Of a stretch of DNA of 64,000 bases, positions 13,876 to 27,644 are shown one piece after another. The stretch is from assembly GCA_050613775.1 (NCBI GenBank), contig JBODTK010000149.1:310001-374000 (forward strand), read 5' to 3'. The position numbers and the translations under genes were made by a program. The stretch is from Neocallimastix sp. 'constans' (Eukaryota). Under the pieces are notes generated by a model. The model was given only the letters and a program-made list of their open reading frames with translations, had not been told where the DNA came from and did no database searches. How positions within the stretch are numbered: position 1 is the stretch's first letter; each line of letters begins with the position of its first letter.

Positions 13876-14540
13876 TAGTTAATATTAATAATGATAATAA
13901 ATATAATAATATGAATAAGAAAAAGATCTTTTGATGAAGAAAGTAATTCTGGAAGTGGATATGATGATAAAAGGAAAATAAAAACTATATAACAGGAAAA
14001 GATCAACTAGTAAAACATGAAGAAAATCCAATTGATTCTGACAATGAGCCATTAAATATATATATATATATAAAAATAAAAATAAAAAACAAAAAAATAA
14101 AAATAAAAAAAAAACACAGAATTATGCGCATTAAGACTAATACTTCAAAAACATATATAATGAAGCAATAAATATTCTAATGACGCTGCTGAAGAATGGC
14201 AAATAGCCATTGATGATGAAATATCAAATATATATATATATATAAAAAAATAACGTTATGAAAATCATAGATAAAATTCTAAAAAAAAAAAAAAAAAACA
14301 TATCCATATAATACAATAAAAATAATAATAATATTTATAGGGTATTCTAATTCTGACTTTGCAATCGATGAAAAAAAAAAAAAAACTTGAATATCAACTA
14401 GTAAAATATATAATTTTTTTTTTTTTTTTACTTGGTGATAGCCCTATCACATGGAAATCTCATCTTCAACTTTAGAAAAAAAAAAAGTGACTTTATCAAC
14501 AACTGAAAGCTGAATTTGTTTAAGTCTCACTAAATGTGTA

Positions 14541-14595
<55 letters not shown>

Positions 14596-14967
14596 AAAAT
14601 CAAAATTAAAATCAAAATTAGGGTAGATAACAAAGCAGGCAATGCGATAGTTCAAGATACAAATTCCATTGGCCATTGTAAACATATTGATACCAGATAT
14701 AAGTTCATACAAGTTGAAAATAATTAACAATAATATAAGGTTAGAATATATATAAATACAGAAGACATGTTAGCAGATTCTTTAACTAAAAATATCACAG
14801 GTATTAAAATGGCCAAATTGATATAACACATAACCTTAATATTTAAAGATTAAAAAAAAAAAAAAAAAAAAAATTATAAATACTTAATGTTAAAGAATAT
14901 ACAATACTGTACATTAAAGTATTATAAATTTTTTGAATGTAATAATATAAATAATGTATAATGAACA
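13039..14967 (+). mobile_element. Degenerate, internally deleted Ty1/copia LTR retrotransposon
   Basis: Direct repeats starting TGTTAAGAATATACAATATTGTACATCAAAGTATTATAAATTTT at 13039 and TGTTAAAGAATATACAATACTGTACATTAAAGTATTATAAATTTT at 14888. Broken pol motifs in copia order: post-integrase SH3-like SDSLGYKILDLS...DIYFMED (about 13450-13560), EPLN...EAI...EEWQIAIDDEI (14046-14230), RNase H GYSNSDFA...LGDSPITWKS...VTLSTTE...VDNKA...HIDTRY...TEDMLADSLTK (14340-14790). The LTR 3' ends are not resolvable. Confidence 0.88.
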
Positions 14968-15123
14968 TATATATATATATATATTTTTTTTATATTTAAA
15001 TATTTATTTATATTTTTTTTATTTATTAATGATTACATTAAATTTAATTATTATAATTATGAATAGATGAATGGAATGACTTTTAATTTTTATAAATATA
15101 TACAAAATATATATTTATATTTT

Positions 15124-15154
<31 letters not shown>

Positions 15155-15628
15155 TTTATTTTATAAAAAAAAAAATTCTTTAAAATGGAGCATCGATAAT
15201 GTTTTTACAATATTTTTTTTATTTTATTTTATTTTTTTTTTTAAAAAAATTTCATATAGAATTATTTCTTATAAAAAAAAAATTTGAATTAACTTTATAT
15301 TTAATGAGAATAAAAAAAAAAAAAAAAAAAAAGGTTTGATTTTATTATTTCGACATTTTAAAAAATATATATTTATCTATTTATTTATTTATACTTATAT
15401 TTATATTTATATTAATATCATAAAATTTATATTTTATTAACTTTTTTTTTTTTTTTTTTTTTTTTATCATTATCGATATCATTATCATTATTATTCATTT
15501 ATTTCATTTCTTTATAAAAAAAAAAAAAAAATTTTTTTTCCTTTTCTTTTTCTTTTTCTTTTTTTTTTTTTTTTTTTCTTTTTTTTTTCTTTTTTTAATC
15601 TTTTTAATTTTAAACTATTTTTTTTTTT

Positions 15629-18442
15629 TTAAATTGAAAATTCATTATTGGTTTTATTTCTTAATTTTTTTCTCATGGCATCCACCTCTGATCTCATCTT
15701 ACTGATACGTTCCATAATTTGAGCGTTATTATGAGAGGGTGAACTGGCACTAATTCTACCGGATCTTCTTTCATAACTACTTCCGCTACTATTACTACTA
15801 ATACTACTGGGGGTGGTGGCGACTGTCGTAGCTGTTCTTGTATTCATTGGAATATCATTTGAAATAGTAGTATTCGCTTCTCTTTGATGAAGCTGTTCCC
15901 TTCTTAAATCTTGTTTCACTGATTCTAATTCGGTTTGATGTTGTTGTTGTAGATAATTAACTCTTCTTAAATAATTATCTTTTTCTGCTGTAAGTTGATG
16001 AATAGTACTTTTTAATTTTTCCATTTCACGATTCTTTTCCTTTTGAAGGGATTCCAATTCCCTGGTTAACTCATTAATTTTTCTATCTTTTGTTCTTAAT
16101 TCACGTTGGGTTTGATTTAACGATTTTTCTTTATCCTCAAGCATTAATGAGAATTTTTCAATCATTAAACTTTTTTCTTCCAATTGTTGATTCATTTCCA
16201 TATTACTTTCCTTAAATTGTTGTTGAAGTAACTTAATAGTATTATTGGTTTGTTCCTCTTTACGAGAATCTGCTTTCTTATTTTCATCTAAAATATTGGT
16301 ATGATTAATTAAAAGATCTTCATGCTTTTTAGTTAAGGTATTATAACGACCTTGAAGATCTATTAATTCCTTTTCTAATTGATGTTGTTTATGAAGGGTA
16401 TCATCTCTTTCTGCCATTAAATTGGAAATAATTTGTTTTTCTGAATCATTACTATTATCGATCATTTTAATAGAGGAAGGAGGTGGTGGAAATTGAATTG
16501 AAATTGGTGTATTTAAAATTTTTGAATCTGTTGAAATATTATCATTATTATTATTATTATTATTATTATTGTTGTTGTTGTTGTTGTTGTTTATCATGAC
16601 ATTTTGATAATGAGTAAGACATTCACAAAGCCAATAAACACGTCGGGTAAGATCTTCTGGTGTTTCTTGACTGAGATAACGATTTGATTCTAAAATTTCT
16701 GAAAGTGTAAAATCTTTTTTGGAAGATCTTTCTATATCCTTTAAAGGTGGTGAAGTGGGAGGAGTATTATAATAACTGTTATTGTTTTGTCCTTCATTAT
16801 CATTAGTAGCTTCTCCCCTTACTTTCATTTTCATTTGAGTTAATTCATCATTATTTTTTTTTAACTGATCTTCAAGTTGATTAATTCTTTCTTTATATTG
16901 TTCTAATTCTTCTTCAATTCTTGAATGTTGAACTACATCAATTGGCATTGAATATTTTGGGGAATTAATAATACTACGATCAGTAATACCATTATTGGTA
17001 TGACTATCATCACTATTGACTTTATTATTATTATTATTTAAATTAGAAGCAATAAATTTTTCCTTTTCTTCTAATTGATTTTGTAAAGTATGAACTAAAC
17101 GTGCTCTATTCACAACTTTTCTTTCTAATTCCAGGCATCTTTGTCGAACTTCCTTGTTTTCTTCTTTCATTTCTTCACATTGCTTCTCTAAATCTTGTTT
17201 TTGATAACGAAGAGTTTTTACTTCATCAAAAATAGGATCCATACGTTGTTTTAAAGAATCATAATCCCTTTGTAAAAAGTTCATATCTGCATTAATTTTT
17301 TGTTTTTCCTTCTTTAATTCTTCAACCTCTTCTAAACTTTTATTTAAATTTTCACGAAGTGTTAATGATTCAGAAGACATGGCATCAATAATTAAAGGAT
17401 TCGTAGGTTCAGGAGGAGTGGCATTAAAGTTAATATCTCTGGACATATTAACAGCATCCTTATGAACCTTACTTAATGTTTGAGTAAACGTACGAGAAGC
17501 GAATGTATTAAATAGATTTACAGTAAATGCAATATTTAAATTTTTATTTCCATTAACCACATCAACAGGAGTTAAGAATTTTCTACAATCTAATTTGTCT
17601 GCCATAGAAAGCATTCTTTCGGCACGTTTTAACCAATCTTGTTCTTCTTCAGGAATAAAATTAGCGGATTGACCATGAAATTCTTCCTTAGCAATACTTC
17701 CTAAATATTGTAATACGATGGTATAACAAACAGAATCACGAAGATCTAAAGACCATTGAGCAACTCTTTTTGAAGTTTTATTGGTTATTTGAAGAATATC
17801 ATTAAACCAACGAAGAACTAATTCTTCTGCGGGTAAAGCATTTAATGATTTTTCAGTTAATCCCATCTTTTTTCTTTCTAAATCAGCTTTCTTAAATAAA
17901 CCGATCTTTTATTATTATTATAACAATTATAATATTTACAAAAAAAATAAATAAAATAAAAATAAAATAAAAAAAAATAAAAATAAAAATAAAAATAAAA
18001 AAAAAAATAAAAATAAAAATAAAAATAAAATAAAAAAAAAATAAAAATAAAAATAAAAATAAAAAAAAAAATAAAAATAAAAATAAAAATAATAAATAAT
18101 AAATAATAAATAATAAATAATAAATAATAAATAATAAATAATAAATAATAAATAATAAATAATAAATAATAAATAATAAATAATAAATAATAAATAATAA
18201 ATAATAAATAATAAATAATAAATAATAAATAATTAATAATAAAAAGTATTGTAATTATTATTATTAATAAATAAAAAAGAATATAAGAATATATAAATTT
18301 AAATAAAATAGTATTAATATATTTAAATAAAATTAGAATTATTAAAATTAAATAATTTTATTGATTAAATTTATTCATTTTTTCAATAAATATTAAAAAT
18401 CAAATATAATTTTTAGTATATTACTACTAATAATACAATAAT

Positions 18443-18477
<35 letters not shown>

Positions 18478-19356
18478 AAATAAAAAACTAATAAATTTAC
18501 CTTAATAATTTGCCATACTAAACCTAAACATAAATGGGGAATACCTCTCATTATATCTTGTGGACCGATATTCCAAAGTTGAAGGCCATATCGCTTAGCA
18601 GTTTCAAGTACAATAGAATGATTCTAAAGTAGGAATAATATAAAATATTTATAAGTAAATAAGGCATATATAAAAAAAAAAGAGAAAAAAAAATATGTAT
18701 ATATATATATAATATAAAAAAAAAAAAAAAAAAATAAAAGCAATAATAATGATTATAATAATAAATAATAAAAATATAATTGTTATATATTATTTATATT
18801 AATAATGATTTTTTTTTTTTTTACCTCATACATATGGACAGCAATTTTTGGATTAGGAATAATTAAAGATTCATCAATAGCTCCTGGAATAGCATCATTA
18901 ATTAACTTGGCTAAGAGAACACCTGATTTTAATGCTTCAAAAAGATCAATTTTTCCATCCGTACGATTGGGTTGATCATTTTGCGTATTTAATATACGAG
19001 GTAATAAATCCTTAACATCTTTATCATCTCTTAATTTTGATTTTATCCAATCAACATAGGCATTTAATTCGGTTTCATCAATAGCATGAAAACTATCCTT
19101 ATTCCTTGGTTGTACAATAGTACTGGCTGCTGGTACAGCTATTTTTTATTCATATAATACAAAAAATATAAAATATATATTATAAAATATAAAATACAAA
19201 AATATAAAATACAAAATATGAAATATGAAATATGAAATATGAAATATGAAATACAAAATATAAAATTAATAAATTAATAAAATTTTTATTATTATTAATA
19301 TTCTATTAAGTTTATATAAGTATATTACTTGAAAATACTCTTCTTTGAGAAAGCAT
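15629..19356 (-). CDS. Fimbrin/plastin-like single actin-binding domain (CH1-CH2) fused to a long coiled-coil; 4 exons: 19329-19356, 18825-19138, 18501-18623, 15629-17905
   Basis: Phase-consistent splicing gives MLSQRRVFST...FHAIDETELNAYVDWI...LFEALKSGVLLAKLINDAIPGAIDE...ENHSIVLETAK...NIGPQDI...PHLCLGLVWQIIKIGL...LPAEELVLRWFN...LRDSVCYTIVL...RAERML...LDCRKFLTPVDVVNGNKNLNIAFTVNLFN (fimbrin ABD1), followed by heptad-rich E/K/Q/L sequence. Confidence 0.87.
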
Positions 19357-19986
19357 TGTTAATTTAATATTTTATTTTATTAAAAATATTGATTTACGTT
19401 TTTTTAAAGAAAATTTTTTATCTATTTTTATCTATTTTTGTTTTTATTATTTAATATATAAATATATATATATTCAAGTTTAGTTTATTTTTAATAAATA
19501 AAAAAAAAATAAATAAATAAAAATAAAAAATAAAAACTAAAGAAGAAATTTATATACTTTTTCTATTTTGTATTTCTGTTGCTGTTGTAAAAACAATAAT
19601 ATATATTTTATTTAATTACTTATTTTATATTTGTCTTAAAAAATGTTTTTTTAAATATTGATATTATTAATTTATTGTTAAAAGCGTTCTAAATTATATA
19701 AAATTTATATATATATATATATTAAAAAGTTAATTTTAAATTATTTCTAATATATCTTATAAAATATATACATTATTAATTTTACCTTTTATATATATAT
19801 TTATTTATATATATATATTTAATTATTTTTATTGAATGATTTAAATAAATAATAAAATATTTATTCTTAGGCTCAAAAGCAAAATTTTTAATTAATATAT
19901 TGGTATAAGATAATATAAAATTAATTGTATTTTAATTGTATTATGCGCAATTTCTTAAAAGTATTTATAAAATCATAGAGACTTAA

Positions 19987-20020
<34 letters not shown>

Positions 20021-21669
20021 GTTTAACAATCTTTTTCTCTTTTAATTTATGAATATTTGAATATTAGAATAGAATTAATGTATAATTCTGTTACAATCAT
20101 AATAAATAAAAAAAAAAAAAATTCCTTTGCGTCTTTTTTTTTTTTTCTTTTTATTATTATTATTTTTGTCCTTATTGCTATTATTAAGAAAATCAATAAA
20201 ACATAAAATATATATTTATATATAATAAAATAATTTTAAAATTAAATAATTTCCTTTTTCTTAAATTGATAATTACGTTACTACTATTCTTTTAATTATC
20301 TAATAGTTTTCTTGCTTTCTTTTATTTAATTCTTTTTTCAACTATTCTTTTACTCTTTCCTTATATATATATATATATTGCATTATATTTTGTATAATAA
20401 TACAATGTTATTAAAGAAAACACTTTAATTCTTTTATTATATATATAATATTATTATATAAAATTTCTAAAGACTTTTTTTTTTCAAAAAAAAAAAAAAA
20501 AAAAGAAAAAAAGAAGAAGAAGAAGAAAAAAAGAAGTTTTCACTACTTTATATAAACTGTTAATTTTATTTCCTAATTTCTAGAATTAGATTTGATAAAT
20601 ACTTTATATATATATAATAAGTTAATAATATAATACTTTATTATTTTATTTTATTTTATTTTTTATTCTCTTTATATTTAATATAATTGAAAACCTTTTT
20701 ATAGAAAAAATTTTTAAGCTAGATTTAAGATGTTCAAAATATAAAGTAAAATATTTATTGATAAGATAAATATTTTTTTAAAATATATATATTAATACTA
20801 TTTGTTATTATTTATTGAATATAAAATATTAATTCCTGTTAAAAGTTTTACATTATTAAAAGAAGTAAGAAAATATTTATAAAATTTATAAAATAAAAAA
20901 CTAAAAAGTTAAAATGAAAATAAAAAAAAATACATATACTTTTATATATATATATTTATATTAAAATAATTAAAATTTTTAAAATTTAATGATATATTAT
21001 TTTATCTATTTATTTATTTATTTATTTATATTATTAATTATTTATTAATATATTCATTACATTATGCCAATACAAAAAATAAATTAATTATTTTTTTAAT
21101 TGATTTCGTTATATTACAATATATTATATTAGGTATCATTTCTAATTTATTTTTATATAATTTAATCTTTTTCTAAATAGTCAAATGTTGATTTCATTTT
21201 TATTATTATTATGAATAACTTCAATATATAATGATATATGTAATAGACTATTTTATACATATATTATAATCAAAAAATATTAAATTGATTATAATATTAT
21301 AATGAAATAAAATAAAAAAATAATTTTTAATTAATTTTTCAAACTTTCTTTATAAAGTATAATTAATTTAATTAATTCTAATATATAATTCATTATATTG
21401 ACCAGTATACTTAATTTAATCATTTAATATATGATTTATTCCCTACTAAATTAAAAAAAGAACGGTAACAATTTCAATGTATTTGTAATATATTGAATAT
21501 ATTATTAAAATTATATTAATTATATTATTTAAATGAAATGGAATATATTGTAAATTAATATAATAAACTTTAATTAATAAATTTTTAAATTATGGCTATA
21601 TACCCATTTGTTAAAAAACTTTTTTTTCTTTTTTTTTTTAAAATTAAAAATACTATAAAGGAACATTTA

Positions 21670-21865
21670 TGATATATAAAATATAAAATATAAAATATAA
21701 AATATAAAATATAGAATATAAAATATAAAATATAAAATATAAAATATAAAATATAAAATATAAAATATAAAATATAAAATATAAAATATAAAATATAAAA
21801 TATAAAATATAAAATATAAAATATAAAATATAAAATATAAAATATAAAATATAAAATATAAAATA
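21670..21865. repeat. (AAAATAT)n 7-mer microsatellite
   Basis: Directly visible; it generates the spurious ILYFIFY ORFs in the track. Confidence 0.9.
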
Positions 21866-22639
21866 TTAAAAAAATACAAGGAAAATTAGGAATAAAATTC
21901 AAATATTTAAAATAAATAAATGAAAAATTAAAATAGTAATGATGTTATTAATAAAATATAAGAAAATATAAAAAATAATAAAGAAAGAATAAATAATTAA
22001 ATTCTATTCAACAAATTATTTAAACTATTCTATTTAAAAAGAATTAAAACTATTAAAGTAAATAAAATTATAAAAATTTGAGATTTACTGTAATCCAAAT
22101 TAAGTATAAGTGAAAAAAAAAAAAATATGTATATTAAAATATTAATTTTTATATGAATATAAAATAAGTTAAATATTTAATATTCATATTATAAATTAAT
22201 TATTTTATTAATTATTTTGCTTAAATACTATAAATCTTTTGAATAATTATTTGTAGAATTATTGTAATAATAATTATAGTAATAATTTTATTAAGTAAAT
22301 ATGAAATATAATATTAATAATTAAATAATAATAAGCTTTATAATAAAACATAATAATAAACTTTACTAAATAATAAATAATAAATAATAAATAATAAATA
22401 ATAAATAATTGAATAATTAAATAATTAAATAATTAAATAATAAATAAAAAAAAGTAAATAATAAATAAATAATTGAATAATAAATAATAAATAATAAATA
22501 ATGAATAATTGAATAATTGAATAATTAAATAATTAAATAATTAAATAATTAAATAAATAATAAAGTAAATAATAAATAATAAATAATAAATAATAAATAA
22601 TAAATAATAAATAATAAATAATAAATGTGGTAAAAAAAA

Positions 22640-22930
22640 AAAGTTTTTCCAGTTTTTATTCTGGTGGTTAGTACCCTGGGGATAATATCCAAAAGATTTC
22701 TGGATTTACCCTTCGGATATTCTGCCTATATTTGAAGTTGGAAGTTTACTTGTCATGGAAGACTCCTGACTTGATCCAAGCCACATTTCCGCATGTGTGG
22801 CATACCATTTAGTATTACCTTTGCATAGAGATTAAGAAACGACGGTCGAAACCGAACTGGTATGGTCAATAAGCAACTATTGTGGTTATACAATACATTA
22901 TATACATAATATATACTTACGGTGACCCAT
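22640..22930. other. Isolated GC-richer island, dense in potential hairpins (candidate structured ncRNA or gene fragment)
   Basis: About 290 nt of complex sequence in a multi-kb AT desert; six complementary segments found by eye; no uninterrupted long ORF. Confidence 0.4.
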
Positions 22931-23155
22931 ATATCAAATATTACATGGTTTTATATGTATATATGAATAAAAGTCTGAAAAAAAAAAAAAAAAAGGCATA
23001 TAAAAACATATAAACAATTCTATTTATCATACACCTTTATATAAAAGATATAATAAATATAACATATAAATAATATCAATATCTATATCAATATTTATAT
23101 TGAATCTTATTATAAACATATAAATATAACATATAAAATTATTAAAATATAAGAA

Positions 23156-23217
23156 CATATAAAATTATAAAATTTAAAAACTTTATATAAAGTTTTTAAA
23201 TTTTATAATTTTATATG
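23156..23217. repeat. Perfect 62-bp palindrome with no spacer
   Basis: catataaaattataaaatttaaaaactttat is followed immediately by its exact reverse complement ataaagtttttaaattttataattttatatg. Confidence 0.92.
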
Positions 23218-23896
23218 AATAGTTTTAATATTATCAATATATAGATCATTATTTATATTAAATATGAATATAATATAATAAAAGTAAAAAATAAAAAAAT
23301 AAAAATAAAATAAAAAAAAAAAAAAAACATGTCATATAAAATAAAAATAAAATTCAAAATTTAATTAATAAATTGACATTTATAGAAATTATAAATAAAA
23401 ATAAATAAACAAAAATAAATTAACAAAAATAAATAAACAAAAAATAAATAAATAAATTAAATAAATTAAAAAGCATTTTTCCATTTTGGAAATGAATTTT
23501 AAAAAAAAAAAAAATTATATATATTTATATATTTATATATATTATTTTAAATTTTTATTACAGAAAAATAAAAATAAAAAATAAAAAGTTGATCTTATAT
23601 ATAAACAGTATCACTGAATTATATTTTATTTGTATATATTATGTACATATACAATATATAGATTAAGTAATTTAAATTCTAAATAGGAGTGTCATAGACA
23701 TTAAACAATAAACAAAAAAAAAAAATAATAATAAAAAATAATAAAAAATAATAAAAAATAATAAAAAATAATAAAAAATGTATAAAATTTAAATTATAAA
23801 TAATAAAACACAAAATATAAATAATTAAAAATAAATGATTATATTATAATAATAATAATAATAGTAATAGTAATAATAATAGTAGTAATAATATTA

Positions 23897-23931
<35 letters not shown>

Positions 23932-25720
23932 TAATAATAATAATAAATAATAATAATAATAAATATAATAATAATAATATTAATAATAATAAATAATAAT
24001 AGTAATAATAATAATAATAAAATATAGATTATTTATAACAAAATGTAAATTATAAATATTAAAATAAAATATTGTAATATAAAATAAAAATTATTAGCAA
24101 TAAGATTTATAAAATAAAATCCATAATAGGCTTTTAAATTTTAATATATTTTTAGAATAAATAAATAAATAAATATAATTGATAAACATTATTAAAACAT
24201 AGAACATAATAAAAAAGATATATTAAATATAGAATAATGAAATAACGAATATCTTTCTAATATAAAATGTGTAACAAAAATTATTTTTTATTATTATTTA
24301 TTATTTATTTATTATTATAATATATTATTTATTATTTATTATTTATTATTATTTATTATTTATTATTTATTATTTATTATTTATTTATTATTTATTATTC
24401 AATTATTAATTATTTATTATTTTATTATTTATTATTTATTATTTATTATTTATTATTTATTATTTACTATTTATTATTTATTATTATTTTTTATTTATTA
24501 TTATATTTAATTATTTCTTTTATTCCTATTATTTATTATATTATTATAATTATTAATTTTTATTTATTATTATTAAATATTAATAAAATTTTCTATTATT
24601 ATTATTATTATTAACAATACTCTAATTTATTTTCATTATTATTATACCAACATTATCTTAATTATTATTACTATCAACAATATCTTATTTATAATTATTA
24701 CTATGAGCAACATCTTAATTACTAATTATTATTATTATTTATATTTATATATAATTATCTATTAAAATATTATCACAATATCAAATCATATCATATAATT
24801 TACATATTTTGATATTTATTTAATTATTAATAAATTTTGTATTTTTATTCATGTGTTTAATTATGTTTAATTTAATAACTTTATTAAATAAATTCAACTG
24901 TACATATTCTTACTCGAATATTAAAATGATTAATTTATAAGAATTATTAAATCTATTATTTAATCTTCATAATATTTAATATTTTTTATTATTATTACAT
25001 TTTTTTTTTTAATCTTTTTTAATCTTATTTATGATAATATTTTAATATCTATTTTATTTAAAAGAGTATATGATTAAATAGATTTCTCTCTTTGTTTTTT
25101 TTATTTTTTTTTTTTTTTAATTATTAAATTTTTAATTATTAGATTATTTAAAAAAAAAAAAAAAAAATCTTTTTTTTAAAAAAAAGAATACTAATTATAA
25201 AATGAATTAATATCTATAATTATTTTGTCAATATAAAAGAGAAGAAAACCTTATTCTCAATATTTTAAATAATTATTTTTTATAGTTTATTGATTGAATT
25301 AATAAAGTTTTTTTATGGTATACCCTATATATAAACATTTTTAATAACCATAATTCAAAATTATATTTAAAATTTTCGATTTTTATTATATAATTTGACT
25401 TGATAAACTATTTTAAAGACGAAATCATCCATAAAAATAAATGTAAAATTAATAATAATTCTTCACTTTGATTAAAATTTTATTAAAAGATAGAGAGTAT
25501 TGATTTTTTAATTTTATTCTTTTTTTTTTTTTTTTTTTTTTTTTTGAAATATATATTTGAAATATTTTTTTTTTCATATAATACTAAACTTTATGTATAA
25601 AAAATATAAAAATATATAAAACATTTATAATAAATTAATTTCAAAATAATTCTTATATATATATTTATTGTTTATTCAAGTATTTGGGTATGTATTTATT
25701 TATTAAATTACTTTTTTTAT

Positions 25721-25758
<38 letters not shown>

Positions 25759-25855
25759 TATTATTATTTTCGTTTTTATTGAAATAATGAATTCATTAGT
25801 TTTAAATAATAGAAAAAATTTATTAATATGTATTTATGATAAATAAGCCATAGAT

Positions 25856-27604
25856 TTAATTTAATGTATTGCAATGGCTATTGTTATTACTATTATTACT
25901 ACTATTATTAGCACTATTATTTGTACTTTGCTTGTTATTATAATTGAGTATTTGTGATATTTTAAAATTAAAAAAGATTCTATAATATTCAATTTGAAAA
26001 TTGATAATCTCAATCACATTTTCTCTGTTTTCTTTATATATCTTCTTTTCACAAGGACATATGACTGTATTATGTATTTCACATGGAATATATCTAAAAA
26101 ATTGGAAATAAATATATCTATCATTATCATTATGCTTAATAATTGCTGAAAAAATATCGAAATAATATAAAATTTCTAATGAAATACTATAGATTAAAAA
26201 TACGAAAAAACAGATAAATAATCGTAAATCAGGATAATTCATGAATAATACTACAGTAATAATCTATATATATATATCAACATATTCATATTTAAAAAGA
26301 TAATATTCAAATTTAGTAATTTTTTACTAGTAAGATTGTAGTTATTATTATTATTATTATTATCAATAGTAATTTCATCCTTATTATAATGATTATAATT
26401 ATTATTAAACTTTTAGTTATTATTGATTATAATTATAATATTTTCAAATACTATATTCATATTAATATTATTCTTTTTAATTGTCACAATAATTATAATA
26501 ATTATATATTAAATTATTATGAATAGAATCATTCCAATTTTATATTTAAATTAATATGTATATAATTATAAACTTACATTGCAAAATGGGAAAATCCAAT
26601 AAATATATTTGAAAAATATGAAATATTGTTTATTTTCATTAAATATGTTAGATAATGTAATCAGTTTACTAAGTCTAATACACAAAATATTAATAAGAAC
26701 AAAAGAAAATATACTAATAATAACTTGAAATTGATTTTTTGGACAAATTTTTGTCCATGTATCATTATATAAATTTTCAATAATTTCTTCATCTAAAAAC
26801 ATAACAATGATTGAAAATACTAAAATAGTTATCTTGAAGACAAGAAATAATATGGTATATCTCAATACATTAAAAAATATCTTCTTTCTATGATATTCAT
26901 CTGGAGTGTTAAAAGTTGGTTTACGACCATTTATAATGCTTGCCTTTCTTTTTATACTTTCTTTCTTGATTTTCAAAATAATATTTTCATTAATGAGAGA
27001 ATCCATTCGCTTAAATATTTTTTCATTACTGTCGTCACTCGTGACCTGATTATTATTACTATTACTACCACTATTATTATTATTATTATTATTATTACTA
27101 TTATTATTATTGCTATTAGTATTAATACTTAAAGTTATTTTAATGGGATCAACATTGTAACTATCATCATCTGGAATATTAACAGTTTGAATTATTCCTT
27201 CTCTCCTATTTTTAAATGAGAGCTCTAATCCAATATAAATTTTATAGATCATGATGGATATCATATTAGAATTAGCATAATTAATAATGAAATATTGCAT
27301 ACCACAATTAAATGGATTTTGATCATATATAAAATTTGTTCCAACCATAAAAAGAATATTCATAATAGAAAAAAAAATATTTAATATATAACCAGTATCT
27401 CTTATAATCAGTGATTTATTTCTTCTCCTAATAATAATTAAGATTATTACTACATAGCCGAAAATCACAATATAAGAAATAATATTAAATACTAATTTTT
27501 GATATTTTGACTTTGGTCTTATTTTCGATAATTGAATCATATTTATTGAAATAATTATTAATATTATTAATATTATATTATTATTATTATTATTATTAAT
27601 ATTA

Positions 27605-27644
<40 letters not shown>

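Noticed and set aside
19141..19153. ATG at 19153 as start of the fimbrin-like gene
   Set aside because: Reads ATG AAT AAA AAA TAG (stop); the TAG is the splice acceptor and the in-phase start exon is 19329-19356.
22665..22930. 5S rRNA-like TGGTTAGTAC, U1-like ATACTTAC and hammerhead-like GAAAC...GTC words in the island
   Set aside because: Only isolated 8-10 nt matches; the rest of 5S and U1 is absent and there is no CUGANGA core.
22360..24560. Oppositely oriented (AATAAAT)n tracts flanking the island and palindrome as long TIRs
   Set aside because: The same satellite occurs elsewhere in the window; no unique shared sequence or defined ends.
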